DNA of 64,000 nucleotides from Desulfobacterales bacterium. Lineage in GTDB: Bacteria > Desulfobacterota > Desulfobacteria > Desulfobacterales > UBA2174. The position numbers and the translations under genes were made by a program. The notes below the pieces were generated by a model that had not been told where the DNA came from, did not search any database, and saw nothing but the letters and a program-made list of their open reading frames with translations. The stretch spans positions 512,001-576,000 of the forward strand of contig CAXXWC010000021.1 of NCBI GenBank assembly GCA_963668645.2, given 5' to 3'. Shown here in pieces: positions 1-9,033 of this stretch. Positions within the stretch are counted from its first letter, which is position 1. Each line of letters starts with the position of its first letter.

Positions 1-801
1 GGCCCAGATGGTGTCCAGCAGAGGCACGCCCAAGGCAATGACCGGAATCGACAGAGCCGCTGCGGTCTGGCTCTTGATAGCCCCCAGAACACTGACGCTA
101 GCCAGCATGTAACCGAGGAAATAACTGCCCCCGTCGCCCATGAAGATAACGGCCGGATTGAAGTTGTAACGTAAAAAGCCCAGTGTAGCGCCGGCAAGCG
201 CCGCCATGAGGAGGACCACTATATAATTTTGACCGATCACACCGAGCACCACCAGTACCATGCAAACGAAAAAACAGACCCCGCCTGCCAATCCGTCGAG
301 TCCGTCGATGAGGTTGATGGCGTTGATCACCAGCAGGATCCAGAATACGGTGGCCGGCAGGGCCAAAATGCCGAGATTGAAAGTTCCGAGGCCAGGTATG
401 CCCAAGGTCTGTATCTGGATTCCACCCCAGTAGACGATGGTGGCCGCCACGGCTTGAACCCCGAGCTTGAACCAGGCGTTCAGGCCGTATTTATCGTCGC
501 AAAGCCCCAAAACGAATACCATTGTTCCGCCCATGGCCATTGGAATCAGGCGCGGCTCGAGGCCGATCTCGTGCAGGAGGTTGCTGCAATCTCGGAGCCA
601 CGGTACCGCCAGAGGCAAAAATGCGCCCCAAAAGGCCAGGTAGATGGTCAGCCCGCCGATGCGCGGAACCGGCTGGCGATGGACCTTGCGAGCCGAAGGT
701 ATATCCACGATCCCCAGGCGCACCCCGAGCCTGGCCACCGGCCGCGTGATGAGCAGGGCCAGGAGCAGGGCGACGAGAAAGATGACGAGGATGGTAGTCA
801 A
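1..801 (-). CDS. wecA: WecA/MraY-family (GT4 / PNPT) undecaprenyl-phosphate sugar-1-phosphate transferase, 3' end outside window
   Basis: Not in the ORF track. Translated by hand from TTG at 801: MTTILVIFLVALLLALLITRPVARLGVRLGIVDIPSARKVHRQPVPRIGG, later NAINLIDGLDGLA and IFMGDGGSYFLG, the hallmark PNPT motifs. Confidence 0.9.
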   Translation of the reverse strand, partial: MTTILVIFLVALLLALLITRPVARLGVRLGIVDIPSARKVHRQPVPRIGGLTIYLAFWGAFLPLAVPWLRDCSNLLHEIGLEPRLIPMAMGGTMVFVLGLCDDKYGLNAWFKLGVQAVAATIVYWGGIQIQTLGIPGLGTFNLGILALPATVFWILLVINAINLIDGLDGLAGGVCFFVCMVLVVLGVIGQNYIVVLLMAALAGATLGFLRYNFNPAVIFMGDGGSYFLGYMLASVSVLGAIKSQTAAALSIPVIALGVPLLDTIWA

Positions 802-862
802 GATGAAAGACGGAAAGAAAGGATCAGGATTGAGGATTCAGGGTTTCAAAGTTACAGTTTTC

Positions 863-1020
863 AAAACGCTTGAACCGCAAAGACGCCGAAGCTGCGCTAA
901 AAAAAACAGGCAGTTGCTGCCCTTCGGGCAATAAAACCTCCCTTGACGGGCTTCTTCGCGGCCTTCGCGTCTTGAGCGAGCCATAGCGGGCGGGCGGTTG
1001 TCTCTTAAAAACGCTTGAAC
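863..1020. repeat. Imperfect palindromic (REP-like) element bounded by a 13-bp direct repeat
   Basis: aaaacgcttgaac at 863-875 and 1008-1020; inner arms aaccgc..aagacgccgaag and cttcgcgtctt..gcggtt are imperfectly complementary. Confidence 0.5.
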
Positions 1021-1103
1021 GGATGCCAGATGTCAGAAAACACTCCCGGAGCTGTTTGCTGTCTTTTGCGCCCCCTGCCCTCTGTTCCCTGACCTCTGTT
1101 GTC

Positions 1104-1862
1104 TCAGAAGTACTGCCCAATCTTCCGAAGCGGCTTAAAAAGCATCGTCCATGGCCACGGCGTGAGTCTGTTCACCTGCCAAGCCCTGCGGTCCATACGG
1201 TTGGCACGGAGGCGGTTGATCAGGCTGGCGTTGCTGGCACCGCCTGTGCGCATGTGCACCATCACGACCGGAAGGTAGACGGCCTTAATTCGGTGTTTGA
1301 GCAAAAACCGCAGCATGAGTTCATAGTCGGCCGCACTGCCCACGTCCAACCGGAATCTGCCGAATTTTTCATAGCATCGCCGGCGGACGAAAAAGGTCGG
1401 ATGCGGCGGCATCCAGCCCTGGTAAAAGCGCTTGGCATCGTAGGCTCCCGAGCGCCAACGGCGCACGACCTTTTCCGTATTTGTTTCCCTGACGTAATTC
1501 AGATCACCGTAACAGGCATCCACCGTGGGGTCTGCGAAAAAGGCCGCAACCTTCTCCAGGATGTCTGAGGCAGGATAGAAATCGTCGGCATTCAGAATCC
1601 CCACCACCTCACCGGAAGCCAGGGCAATCCCCCTGTTCATGGCATCGTAGATACCCCTGTCCGGCCCGCTTACGACTTTAGCGGCGCCTCTTACATGCCG
1701 GCGTGCTATCTCCAGGGTCCCGTCGGTGGATCCGCCGTCCACCACGATGTGTTCTGGCGGCAGACTCTGCCCCACGATACTCTGGATGCACCCCTCAATC
1801 GTTCGGGCACCGTTGAACACCGCGGTGATGATTGAAATGGCCGTTGGGTTGCCTGGCATCAT
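1104..1862 (-). CDS. Glycosyltransferase family 2 (WcaE-like)
   Basis: ISIITAVFN, VVDGGSTDGT, DRGIYDAMNRG, LNADD, PPHPTFF motifs. Confidence 0.92.
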   Translation of the reverse strand: MMPGNPTAISIITAVFNGARTIEGCIQSIVGQSLPPEHIVVDGGSTDGTLEIARRHVRGAAKVVSGPDRGIYDAMNRGIALASGEVVGILNADDFYPASDILEKVAAFFADPTVDACYGDLNYVRETNTEKVVRRWRSGAYDAKRFYQGWMPPHPTFFVRRRCYEKFGRFRLDVGSAADYELMLRFLLKHRIKAVYLPVVMVHMRTGGASNASLINRLRANRMDRRAWQVNRLTPWPWTMLFKPLRKIGQYF

Positions 1863-1899
1863 AGATACAGTCGCAAAAAAGTCCGAAAGAACTCAAGTT

Positions 1900-2909
1900 C
1901 TAAATTGTGTCTCCGGTGCCCAACCGAAACCGGGGCGCCGTGCTCACCCGCTCAGCCAGCCCCAACGCATCCCGAACATACAGTGTGTTCCCTCCTCCGC
2001 CTGAACGCATTCCGTGTAACGGTGTTAACGTCCGCTCAAACGCTCTATAGTGATAAGTTTCTAAACCTCGCACCAATAGATCCCGATACAGCGCATCCTC
2101 ATCGAATCCATACCGCACCCCACTACCGTTCAGCTCTATGAGTATTGCCATCAGGCCGGAATCGATCAAAGCCTGTGTCGCCCCTGCCAACACCTCCGCT
2201 TCAAACCCCTCGACATCAATTTTGACAAGCTCGTAAAAAGTCCCAAAAATGCCATTTTCCTAATTTTGGACTTAATGATTTCAATGTGTTACAGCGATGA
2301 AAATTTCAAAATCCGACTTTTTACGAACGAGTCAATTTTGAGAAGGGCCGGCGAACGTCCCTCCAACACCGTATCCAGGGCACGTACGGGCACCTCGAAA
2401 ACTTCCTGAGCCGACTCATCATCCGCAAGTACGTGATTCATCGTATCCAGTCCACCTGTAAAGTACAACTGTCCCTCATTACGCCCCAAACCCAAATTGA
2501 GCCCCTTTGCCCGCTCGCCCAATCCGTTGATTGCTATGTTCTTCATCAGCCAAACGAAGGTGCTCGGAATCGGCTCAATGGCAAGAACGCTCGCACCTGC
2601 TACCGCTCCGAGCATTGTATAGGAGCCGACATTGGCCCCGATATCAACAAAGAGATCATCCGGCCTCAAGGCATGCAGCACCAGTGCCATGTCCTCGAAC
2701 TCATTCAGCCCGCAATAAACGTTGCCTGTCGCACCGGTCATCCCAGGCCGAACGATCAGGCAGGTATCGTTCACAAACGGCATAATCACGGGGCCTGGCA
2801 GCAATCTGCTACCCAACTGCCACCTCAGCCAGCGCAATAGAGCTACGGTGAATTTACCTCGATTCAGAGGGTGCCGTAAGATAAAATGAAGAGAATCCGA
2901 GAGTCTCAT
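1900..2909 (-). pseudogene. FkbM-family methyltransferase interrupted by a MITE
   Basis: FVDIGANVGSYT motif. The LLKID|VEGFEAEVLAG motif is split by the insertion at 2224-2333; removing the element plus one aatttt copy restores the frame. Confidence 0.9.
2224..2333. mobile_element. 110-bp MITE, copy 1
   Basis: Terminal IRs gacaagctcgtaaaaagtc / gactttttacgaacgagtc (16/19); 6-bp target duplication aatttt; second copy at 24047-24156. Confidence 0.92.
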
Positions 2910-2996
2910 TAGATCGCCGTGATCCTCATCGAGCAGGTCATTTCGATCATCCAGCCCTTTTCCCTCCAGATGATCTTTTTGGCCGAATCAAATGTG

Positions 2997-3126
2997 CCAA
3001 AGGCACAAATGGAAAAGCATTGAAGACGCCCAGCGAGTTACCCAAAACAGCCTTAAGCTGAAATGGGTAAAACCAGGTCGGAAATTTTTGCCCAAAAGTG
3101 CCTTGAGCGGATTTGGGTAAAGAGGG
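2997..3126. repeat. Direct repeat block containing 34-bp palindromic units (copy A)
   Basis: 2997-3072 aligns without gaps to 5369-5444 (60/76); units ttaccca..tgggtaa at 3038 and 3088. Confidence 0.75.
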
Positions 3127-3128
3127 AT

Positions 3129-4088
3129 TCAGTCTAAAGCGTCTCGATTCCACCCCAAGGCACGGAAAAAGACATCGGACAATACCATCTGCCCTGAGTC
3201 ATTAACGTGGATATTGTCCCGGTAAGGATTCTCGCCACGGTCCAAAGCAGCCTTCATGTCAGAGAATGCGGAAAACACCTCGGCTCCGCTCTCTTCAACG
3301 ATTGACTTGATCAAGTAGTAGCCGAGCTTAGCACCATCTGGCCCGAGTTCGCTACGATCCGGATACTGCACCACCATCACCCGCGGAACCTGAGTAAGGG
3401 CAAGATCTAAGAAAGCCCTAAGATCCGCAGTGCCTTGTGCAATCATTTGTTCATTGTTTGCCACAACCGGTGGTGCTGTCGGGCCGGCCACACCAGTTTT
3501 GACCCATTCAGGCAGATATCTCGGAAGATAACGCGTAATGCCCTCCAGCAGCGCCGACACGGGCCGATTTTGGGGGTGCGTGTTCGGATTGAGGGGTGCG
3601 AAGGTTGGATTGTCGCCCGCATCATGACTGGAGATCAGCAGCAGAACGACATCGGCATCGAAAAAGCCGTACTCTCGAGCATAGGCCAGCCAGTTACCTG
3701 GCCCCCAACTTCCCGCCGAAATGTTGCCGACAACCACCGGCACTCTCATACGTAACGTCAGCCGCTTAGCGAGCAGAGTTGTTGCGAGCTTGGCATGATC
3801 GGTCAGGTTGCCACCGTTCAGCACCGAATCGCCAAAGGCCATCACCCGAAACTCACCCTCAGGCTTTGTCGCAGGAAAATCCTTACTCCGCATGCCATAG
3901 CCATTGATCAAAACCCGATTGCCAAATCGCTGCACGTCCTGATTCGGCTGGAACAAGTACTCGATCCGCGGATGCGCTATGCTCAATGGCGGTGTACCAA
4001 GACCCAGCCCGAACCGGGCACACAACTCCCCAGCGCCAAGTATCACGACAGCTACTGCAAAAATCGACAAGAGACGCTTTAACCACAT
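3129..4088 (-). CDS. SGNH/GDSL hydrolase-like membrane-anchored protein (possible polysaccharide O-acetylation/esterase role)
   Basis: N-terminal TM segment, INGYGMR, FGDS block I, DNIHVN (DxxH) block V; start moved to MWLK because the upstream frame lies inside IS3. Confidence 0.8.
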   Translation of the reverse strand: MWLKRLLSIFAVAVVILGAGELCARFGLGLGTPPLSIAHPRIEYLFQPNQDVQRFGNRVLINGYGMRSKDFPATKPEGEFRVMAFGDSVLNGGNLTDHAKLATTLLAKRLTLRMRVPVVVGNISAGSWGPGNWLAYAREYGFFDADVVLLLISSHDAGDNPTFAPLNPNTHPQNRPVSALLEGITRYLPRYLPEWVKTGVAGPTAPPVVANNEQMIAQGTADLRAFLDLALTQVPRVMVVQYPDRSELGPDGAKLGYYLIKSIVEESGAEVFSAFSDMKAALDRGENPYRDNIHVNDSGQMVLSDVFFRALGWNRDALD

Positions 4089-4172
4089 GAATAAAAAATG
4101 CGTATTGATCTTCCCCCAAATTGGTGGAAACCTCGAAAAGCCCAATGTATACGGGCGCCAGGAGGTGTTCCA

Positions 4173-4472
4173 ATGGCACAGAAAAAGAGAAAGAACTACT
4201 CACGAGAATTCAAGGTCGAGGCTGTGAACCTGATTACCCAAAAGGGATACAGCATTGCTGAGGCCTCGCGGAATCTCGGTATAGAATACAGCGTGTTACG
4301 ACGCTGGAAGTCAGAACTGGCTAAAGAACCCCTGCACGCTTTTCCTGGTAAAGGAAAGCTTGCCGCTCCGGACGAGGAAATGCGTAACCTCCGCCGTGAG
4401 CTGGATCGCGTCAAACAGGAGCGTGACATCCTAAAAAAAGCGCTGGCCTACTTTGCGGAGGATCAGAAATGA
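4173..4472 (+). CDS. IS3 transposase OrfA (HTH)
   Basis: RBS ggagg; RKNYSREFKVEAV..SIAEASRNLGI..ERDILKKA. Confidence 0.93.
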   Translation: MAQKKRKNYSREFKVEAVNLITQKGYSIAEASRNLGIEYSVLRRWKSELAKEPLHAFPGKGKLAAPDEEMRNLRRELDRVKQERDILKKALAYFAEDQK

Positions 4473-5332
4473 AATTTCGATTCATCTCTGAACACGTGGA
4501 GACGTTCACTGTAGGCCGCATGTGCAAGTTGCTAAACGTCTCCCGATCCGGCTTCTATGCCTGGAAAAAGCGTCCAGAGAGCCGCCGGAGCCGTGAAAAC
4601 CGGGTTCTGGAGAATCGAATCCGACTCTCACATGCAAACAGTCACGGTATCTACGGAGCGCCGCGGATCCACCAGGATCTGAACGATGACGGCGTACGTT
4701 GCGAGAAAAACCGTGTCGCCCGTATCATGCGAAATGCCGGTATCCGATCTCGGACGAGAAAGAAGTTCAAGGCAACGACGAACTCTCGGCATAATCTACC
4801 AGTTGCACAGAATTTACTTGACCGGGACTTCAACGCAAAGGCTCCCGACACCGCATGGGTCGGCGACATAACCTACATCTGGACCGACGAGGGCTGGCTG
4901 TACCTGGCCGTGCTGTTGGATTTGTACAACCGCGAAGTCGTCGGTTGGTCCGCTGCTATCCGAATGACACGGCAACTGGCCATTGATGCCCTGGAAATGG
5001 CTCTTGGTAAGCGGCAGCCGGAACAAGGGCTGCTACATCATACGGACCGCGGTAGCCAGTACGCTTCGGCCGATTATCAAAAGATTCTCAAAGAGCGTGG
5101 CATGGTCTGCAGCATGAGCCGTAAAGGCAACTGCCATGACAATGCCGTGGCGGAAAGCTTCTTTGGCCGCCTTAAGATGGAATGGGTCAACCACGAACGG
5201 TACCACAGCCGGTCGGAAGCGATCCAAAGCCTATTTTATTACATAGAGGTCTTCTACAACCGAAAAAGACGCCACTTATCGATTGATTACGCAATCCCGC
5301 AAGAATATGAGGGTTTCCTACTTGCGGCTTAA
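4469..5332 (+). CDS. IS3 transposase OrfB (DDE integrase core)
   Basis: WVGDITYI, HHTDRGSQY, GNCHDNAVAESFF. Confidence 0.95.
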   Translation: MKFRFISEHVETFTVGRMCKLLNVSRSGFYAWKKRPESRRSRENRVLENRIRLSHANSHGIYGAPRIHQDLNDDGVRCEKNRVARIMRNAGIRSRTRKKFKATTNSRHNLPVAQNLLDRDFNAKAPDTAWVGDITYIWTDEGWLYLAVLLDLYNREVVGWSAAIRMTRQLAIDALEMALGKRQPEQGLLHHTDRGSQYASADYQKILKERGMVCSMSRKGNCHDNAVAESFFGRLKMEWVNHERYHSRSEAIQSLFYYIEVFYNRKRRHLSIDYAIPQEYEGFLLAA

Positions 5333-5368
5333 CCTCGTGTCCACTTTTTCGGGGCAAGATCAAACCTA

Positions 5369-5449
5369 CCAAAGGCGCAAATGGAAAAACATTGATGGTA
5401 CCGGCCAAATTACCCCAAATTGCCTTGGGCTGAAATGGGTAAAAGAGGG
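5369..5449. repeat. Direct repeat block containing a 34-bp palindromic unit (copy B)
   Basis: Matches 2997-3072; ends gggtaaaagaggg like 3115-3126. Confidence 0.75.
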
Positions 5450-5466
5450 TTGAGGTTGAAAGGTGG

Positions 5467-6327
5467 TCACAAGGGCCGGCCCAGTTTTCGGAGGCGGTGT
5501 TCAGTTGCTTTGCAGCTGATCATAAACTCGTAAAAGGATCGCAGGAGGCAGTAGGTCAAGCCGGCGCGGCCGTCAAGAAAACCACCGCGTAACAGGTAGA
5601 GTAAGAAAAACATGACCAGCGGCCGGCCGGGCATCCGGTAGACTATGGCCTTGATCACCTGCCGGCGTTCGGTGGGGTCCGACGACAGCAGGTTTTTCCA
5701 GACAATGCGGTTCTTTCCCTGGGCAATGCGCCTCGCTTCCATCTCGGAATAGCGGTTGTGCTTTTCGAACCAGGCGGAAAATCCCTTGTTGAACGGGTAA
5801 TGGTGAATGTGGGCGTCGAGAAACCCCACCTCCCCGTCGGTGACGTACTCTTCGTTTACCTCACGTTCCACCCGCACGTGGCCAACCTTGACCAGCCGGC
5901 CGAACCACGAAGGGTAGCCGGCGCTACGGCGCAGCCAACGGCCCATGAAAAAATCCTTGCGCCGGAAGCGGTAAAGACAAACTGCATTGGGTGTACTCAG
6001 CTTTCTTTTGATTTCACCGTGCAAGGCATCGGTGCAGGCTTCGTCCGCATCCAGCATCAGGACCCAGGGATAAACGTAAGCGATCTCATTCAAGCCGTAA
6101 TTGCGTTGCGAGGCGTAGTTGTCAAAGGGCCGCTCCAAGACCTTGGCACCGGCCTCCATAGCGATCTGCAACGTCCGGTCCGTGCTGCCGGAGTCAAGCA
6201 CCACCACATCGTCGCACCATTTAATGGATGCCAGGCAACGGGGAAGGTTCCGCTCCTCATTCAATGTAAGTATCAGCACTGAAGCAGACATATAAAACCC
6301 CCGGGCAACAGACCATTTCGATGTCAT
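5467..6327 (-). CDS. Glycosyltransferase family 2 (WaaE/LgtF-like); start may be 6291
   Basis: SVLILTLNEE, VLDSGSTDRT, QRNYG, WVLMLDADE, KHNRYS. Confidence 0.92.
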   Translation of the reverse strand: MTSKWSVARGFYMSASVLILTLNEERNLPRCLASIKWCDDVVVLDSGSTDRTLQIAMEAGAKVLERPFDNYASQRNYGLNEIAYVYPWVLMLDADEACTDALHGEIKRKLSTPNAVCLYRFRRKDFFMGRWLRRSAGYPSWFGRLVKVGHVRVEREVNEEYVTDGEVGFLDAHIHHYPFNKGFSAWFEKHNRYSEMEARRIAQGKNRIVWKNLLSSDPTERRQVIKAIVYRMPGRPLVMFFLLYLLRGGFLDGRAGLTYCLLRSFYEFMISCKATEHRLRKLGRPL

Positions 6328-6353
6328 CTTTCTCTATCCCTGACTTCCCTATC

Positions 6354-6920
6354 TCAATTGGACAGAACCCGCTCTCCAATTACTTTTGCCGGATTTCCGG
6401 CCACGATTTTCCAAGGCGCCACATCATGAACCACCACGGCGCCCGCTCCAACAATAGCGCCCTCTCCGATACGGACGCCCGGCCCCACAAAAGCATCCGC
6501 ACAAATCCAGGCCTGGGGGCCGATCTCAATGGGTAGACGCAGTAGTGGAAGTTTTGGGTCGCGATAATCGTGGGTGCCTGCGCAGAGATGGGCGCGATGT
6601 GAAATTGTGGCTCTATCACCGATCGTGACGGGGCCAAGATTGTAGACGAGCGCCCATTCACCGATACTGGCCGCCTCACCGATATTCAGATTCCAAGGCA
6701 AATAGATTAGCGCGCTGGGATAGATGTGGACGTGGGGACTTACCTGGGCGCCAAACAACCTGAGCAGAAATCGGCGCCAGCCAAATAAAGGCCGTGGGCA
6801 AAAACGAAAAAACGGAGTCATAAGCGACCAAACAATTCGAGCAGCGTACTCTCGCCGGCGATATGGTCGAGCTTTTCGGCATTCTGCTATATCGAGTTGA
6901 ACAGGGACTCTGCTTTCCAT
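6354..6920 (-). CDS. wcaF: WcaF-like hexapeptide-repeat O-acetyltransferase
   Basis: RRFLLRLFGA, PWNLNIG, LCAGTHDY, VAGNPAKVI. Confidence 0.88.
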   Translation of the reverse strand: MESRVPVQLDIAECRKARPYRRREYAARIVWSLMTPFFRFCPRPLFGWRRFLLRLFGAQVSPHVHIYPSALIYLPWNLNIGEAASIGEWALVYNLGPVTIGDRATISHRAHLCAGTHDYRDPKLPLLRLPIEIGPQAWICADAFVGPGVRIGEGAIVGAGAVVVHDVAPWKIVAGNPAKVIGERVLSN

Positions 6921-6929
6921 AGGGCAACC

Positions 6930-8149
6930 TAGTGTCATGTCACATATGTAATGTTGGGTAGAGTCTTTTGAGTTTAACTCGGGCGTCTCCGGTTTTGAAC
7001 TGCCAGTCGATCACTGCATTCCGCGTGTTCCGGCGGCATTGCCACGCCTCAACCTGGGCGGCAACAGCCTCGATGGACGGAATACGCCGATTGAGGCACT
7101 GGCGGATCAACACGTTCAACTCGATTTCCGCCATATTGAGCCAACTGCCATGCTTGGGTGTATAGACGAACTCAAAGCGATCCCACAGTTGCTTGGCCTC
7201 CTGTGGGGAGAAAGTCTCGTACAAAGATCCTGGTCTGTGCGTGTTGAGATTGTCCATCACCAATGTGATCTTCTCGGCATCCGGGTAGAAGCTGGCGATC
7301 TCGGCAACGAAGCGGGCCCAGTCTTGTTTGGTCTTCCTTTCCGTGATCTTGACCATCCGCTTTCCTGCCAATGGCTCGTTGGCCATGAAAACATTACACA
7401 CGCCGTGGCGTTTGTACTCGTAGTCGTATCGTGCCGGCCGACCCGGCGCGGCGGCAATGGGAGTCTTGACCTCGTCGATCAGCTGGCGAGGCGATTCGTC
7501 CATACAAACCACGGGGAAACGCCGATCGTATGGCCTTTTGTAGACGTCCAACACCATTTCCATCCGGGCTACGAAGTCGCCGTCCGCTTCCGGCGGGATG
7601 ACCCATCCGTCCCGTTTCCAAGGCTTGAGTTCGTTTTTTTTAACACCCGGCGCACAGTCTCGTATGATACGCTATCGACGCACTGCAGTTCCACGAGCCT
7701 GTCGGCCAGCAGACGCAACGACCACCTGCTATGTCCTTGTGGCGGCTCGCTGCAACTGAGCGCCACCAAGTGTGCTTCGAACTCACCGTCGGCTTTGCGT
7801 TCATACGCCCGCTGGCCCTTGTGGCCTTCAAGAGCGATCTCCAGACCCTCGTCAACGAACCGTTGCTTCACCCGGTGTATCTTCATCGCGCTCACATGCA
7901 AAACATCGGCGATGTCTTGCTCTTTTAGTCTGAGCGCTCTTCCGGTATCCTCGTCGCAGTTGAGCAGTATCAGGGCATTGAGAACCTTCTGGGAGTTGTG
8001 TTTCCCCTTCGCCAAGATGGCCTCAAGCTTTTCCCGTTCCTCCGACGTCAGCGATAATCGATACTTGATTTTTGGCATGGCGTGCCTCCTTTCTATGGAG
8101 AGGCATCATGCCATCCTTTATATAACATATCAAGCGTGACATGACACTA
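6930..8149 (-). mobile_element. IS630-family insertion sequence
   Basis: Perfect IRs TAGTGTCATGTCAC at both ends including the TA target (CTAG site); two-ORF transposase. Confidence 0.95.
6940..8078 (-). CDS. IS630 transposase, frameshifted (ORF 7569-8078 plus ORF 6940-7563)
   Basis: HTH part RWSLRLLAD..SYETVRRVLKK; DDE part VCMDE, VMDNLNTH, HGSWLNMAEIE; A8 slippery run at 7634-7641. Confidence 0.93.
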
Positions 8150-8245
8150 GTTATCGAGTCTTATGGCCGCCAAATTTACAACGTAATTGATTTATTTGTG
8201 GACACTATTTCCACATTTCTGTAGTCAGAGTTTGCGTAAAAATAG

Positions 8246-9019
8246 TCAGCGTTTGCGTAAAAAAATGAATAGGTTAGAATTCATCAGCGGCGGTAGCAGC
8301 CAGTTGGCGAACAACATTATCAGTAGAACAATCCGATTATTGAAAAAGTAACTTGGCTCAGCTTCGTAGCGATAGGTAAAATTCTCGAACTTTCCTACCG
8401 GGAACCACTTTTGCAAATCACTCTTGCTGTTCAGCTTGAAAAGCGTGGGAAAGACGTCTATCTCTTGGCGATTTGGCTGAACCCAGTTTAAGATTTTTGA
8501 ATGCCATGAATTGTGAATGATGCGTGAAACAAGTGAAACCAGACCATACTTATTTGGTGTTCGCGCGCAAATCCATCCTCCCGGCTTCAGGATACGCCGC
8601 AGCTCACTGCAAACCAAAGCTGGATTTGCAATGTGCTCAAAAACAAAATCCGAAACGATTATGTCGAAAATAGCATCTTCAAAGGGCAACGGCGCGTCAC
8701 CATCGATCACTATCGTCTCGTCTGCATCCGGATGGTTTAGCACTACTGCATCGACATCGCAGGCAACGAAGCGAGCAACCTTTCCCTTGATGGAGCGCAA
8801 CTCACGACGGAACACAACGGGATCGTGGCACAAAGCTGCACCACGCCCTGCTCCGAAATCCAGTACGTGCATTTCAGAACGAAGAAGTGCCTGAATTCGA
8901 CTATAATATTCAACAGTACCATCCAAGGCTGTAAAACCTCCCGCACCGACTTCAGGAAACAATGATGCCAGCACTTGATCTCTCCGCTGTCTTCCTCCAT
9001 TGATGTTAATCTCATCCAT
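8246..9019 (-). CDS. Class I SAM-dependent methyltransferase (Methyltransf_11-like)
   Basis: VLDFGAGRG, LPFEDAIFD, VFEHI, RILKPGG. Confidence 0.9.
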   Translation of the reverse strand: MDEININGGRQRRDQVLASLFPEVGAGGFTALDGTVEYYSRIQALLRSEMHVLDFGAGRGAALCHDPVVFRRELRSIKGKVARFVACDVDAVVLNHPDADETIVIDGDAPLPFEDAIFDIIVSDFVFEHIANPALVCSELRRILKPGGWICARTPNKYGLVSLVSRIIHNSWHSKILNWVQPNRQEIDVFPTLFKLNSKSDLQKWFPVGKFENFTYRYEAEPSYFFNNRIVLLIMLFANWLLPPLMNSNLFIFLRKR

Positions 9020-9033
9020 TTGCCCCCCGATAA

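Larger units (their letters stand above)
4106..5362 (+). mobile_element. IS3-family insertion sequence (1257 bp)
   Basis: IRs TGATCTTCCCCCAAATTGGTGGA / TCCACTTTTTCGGGGCAAGATCA; orfA plus orfB; A7G slippery site at 4433-4440; no target duplication seen. Confidence 0.95.

Noticed and set aside
229..873. 214-aa plus-strand ORF
   Set aside because: Antisense shadow of the wecA-like gene, which has clear motifs on the minus strand.
2983..3126. Possible mini-CRISPR (palindromic units about 50 bp apart)
   Set aside because: Only 2-3 degenerate units, spacers of 16-21 nt and no cas genes; reported as a repeat instead.
7039..8139. 366-aa plus-strand ORF in IS630
   Set aside because: Antisense to the transposase frames; no independent evidence.
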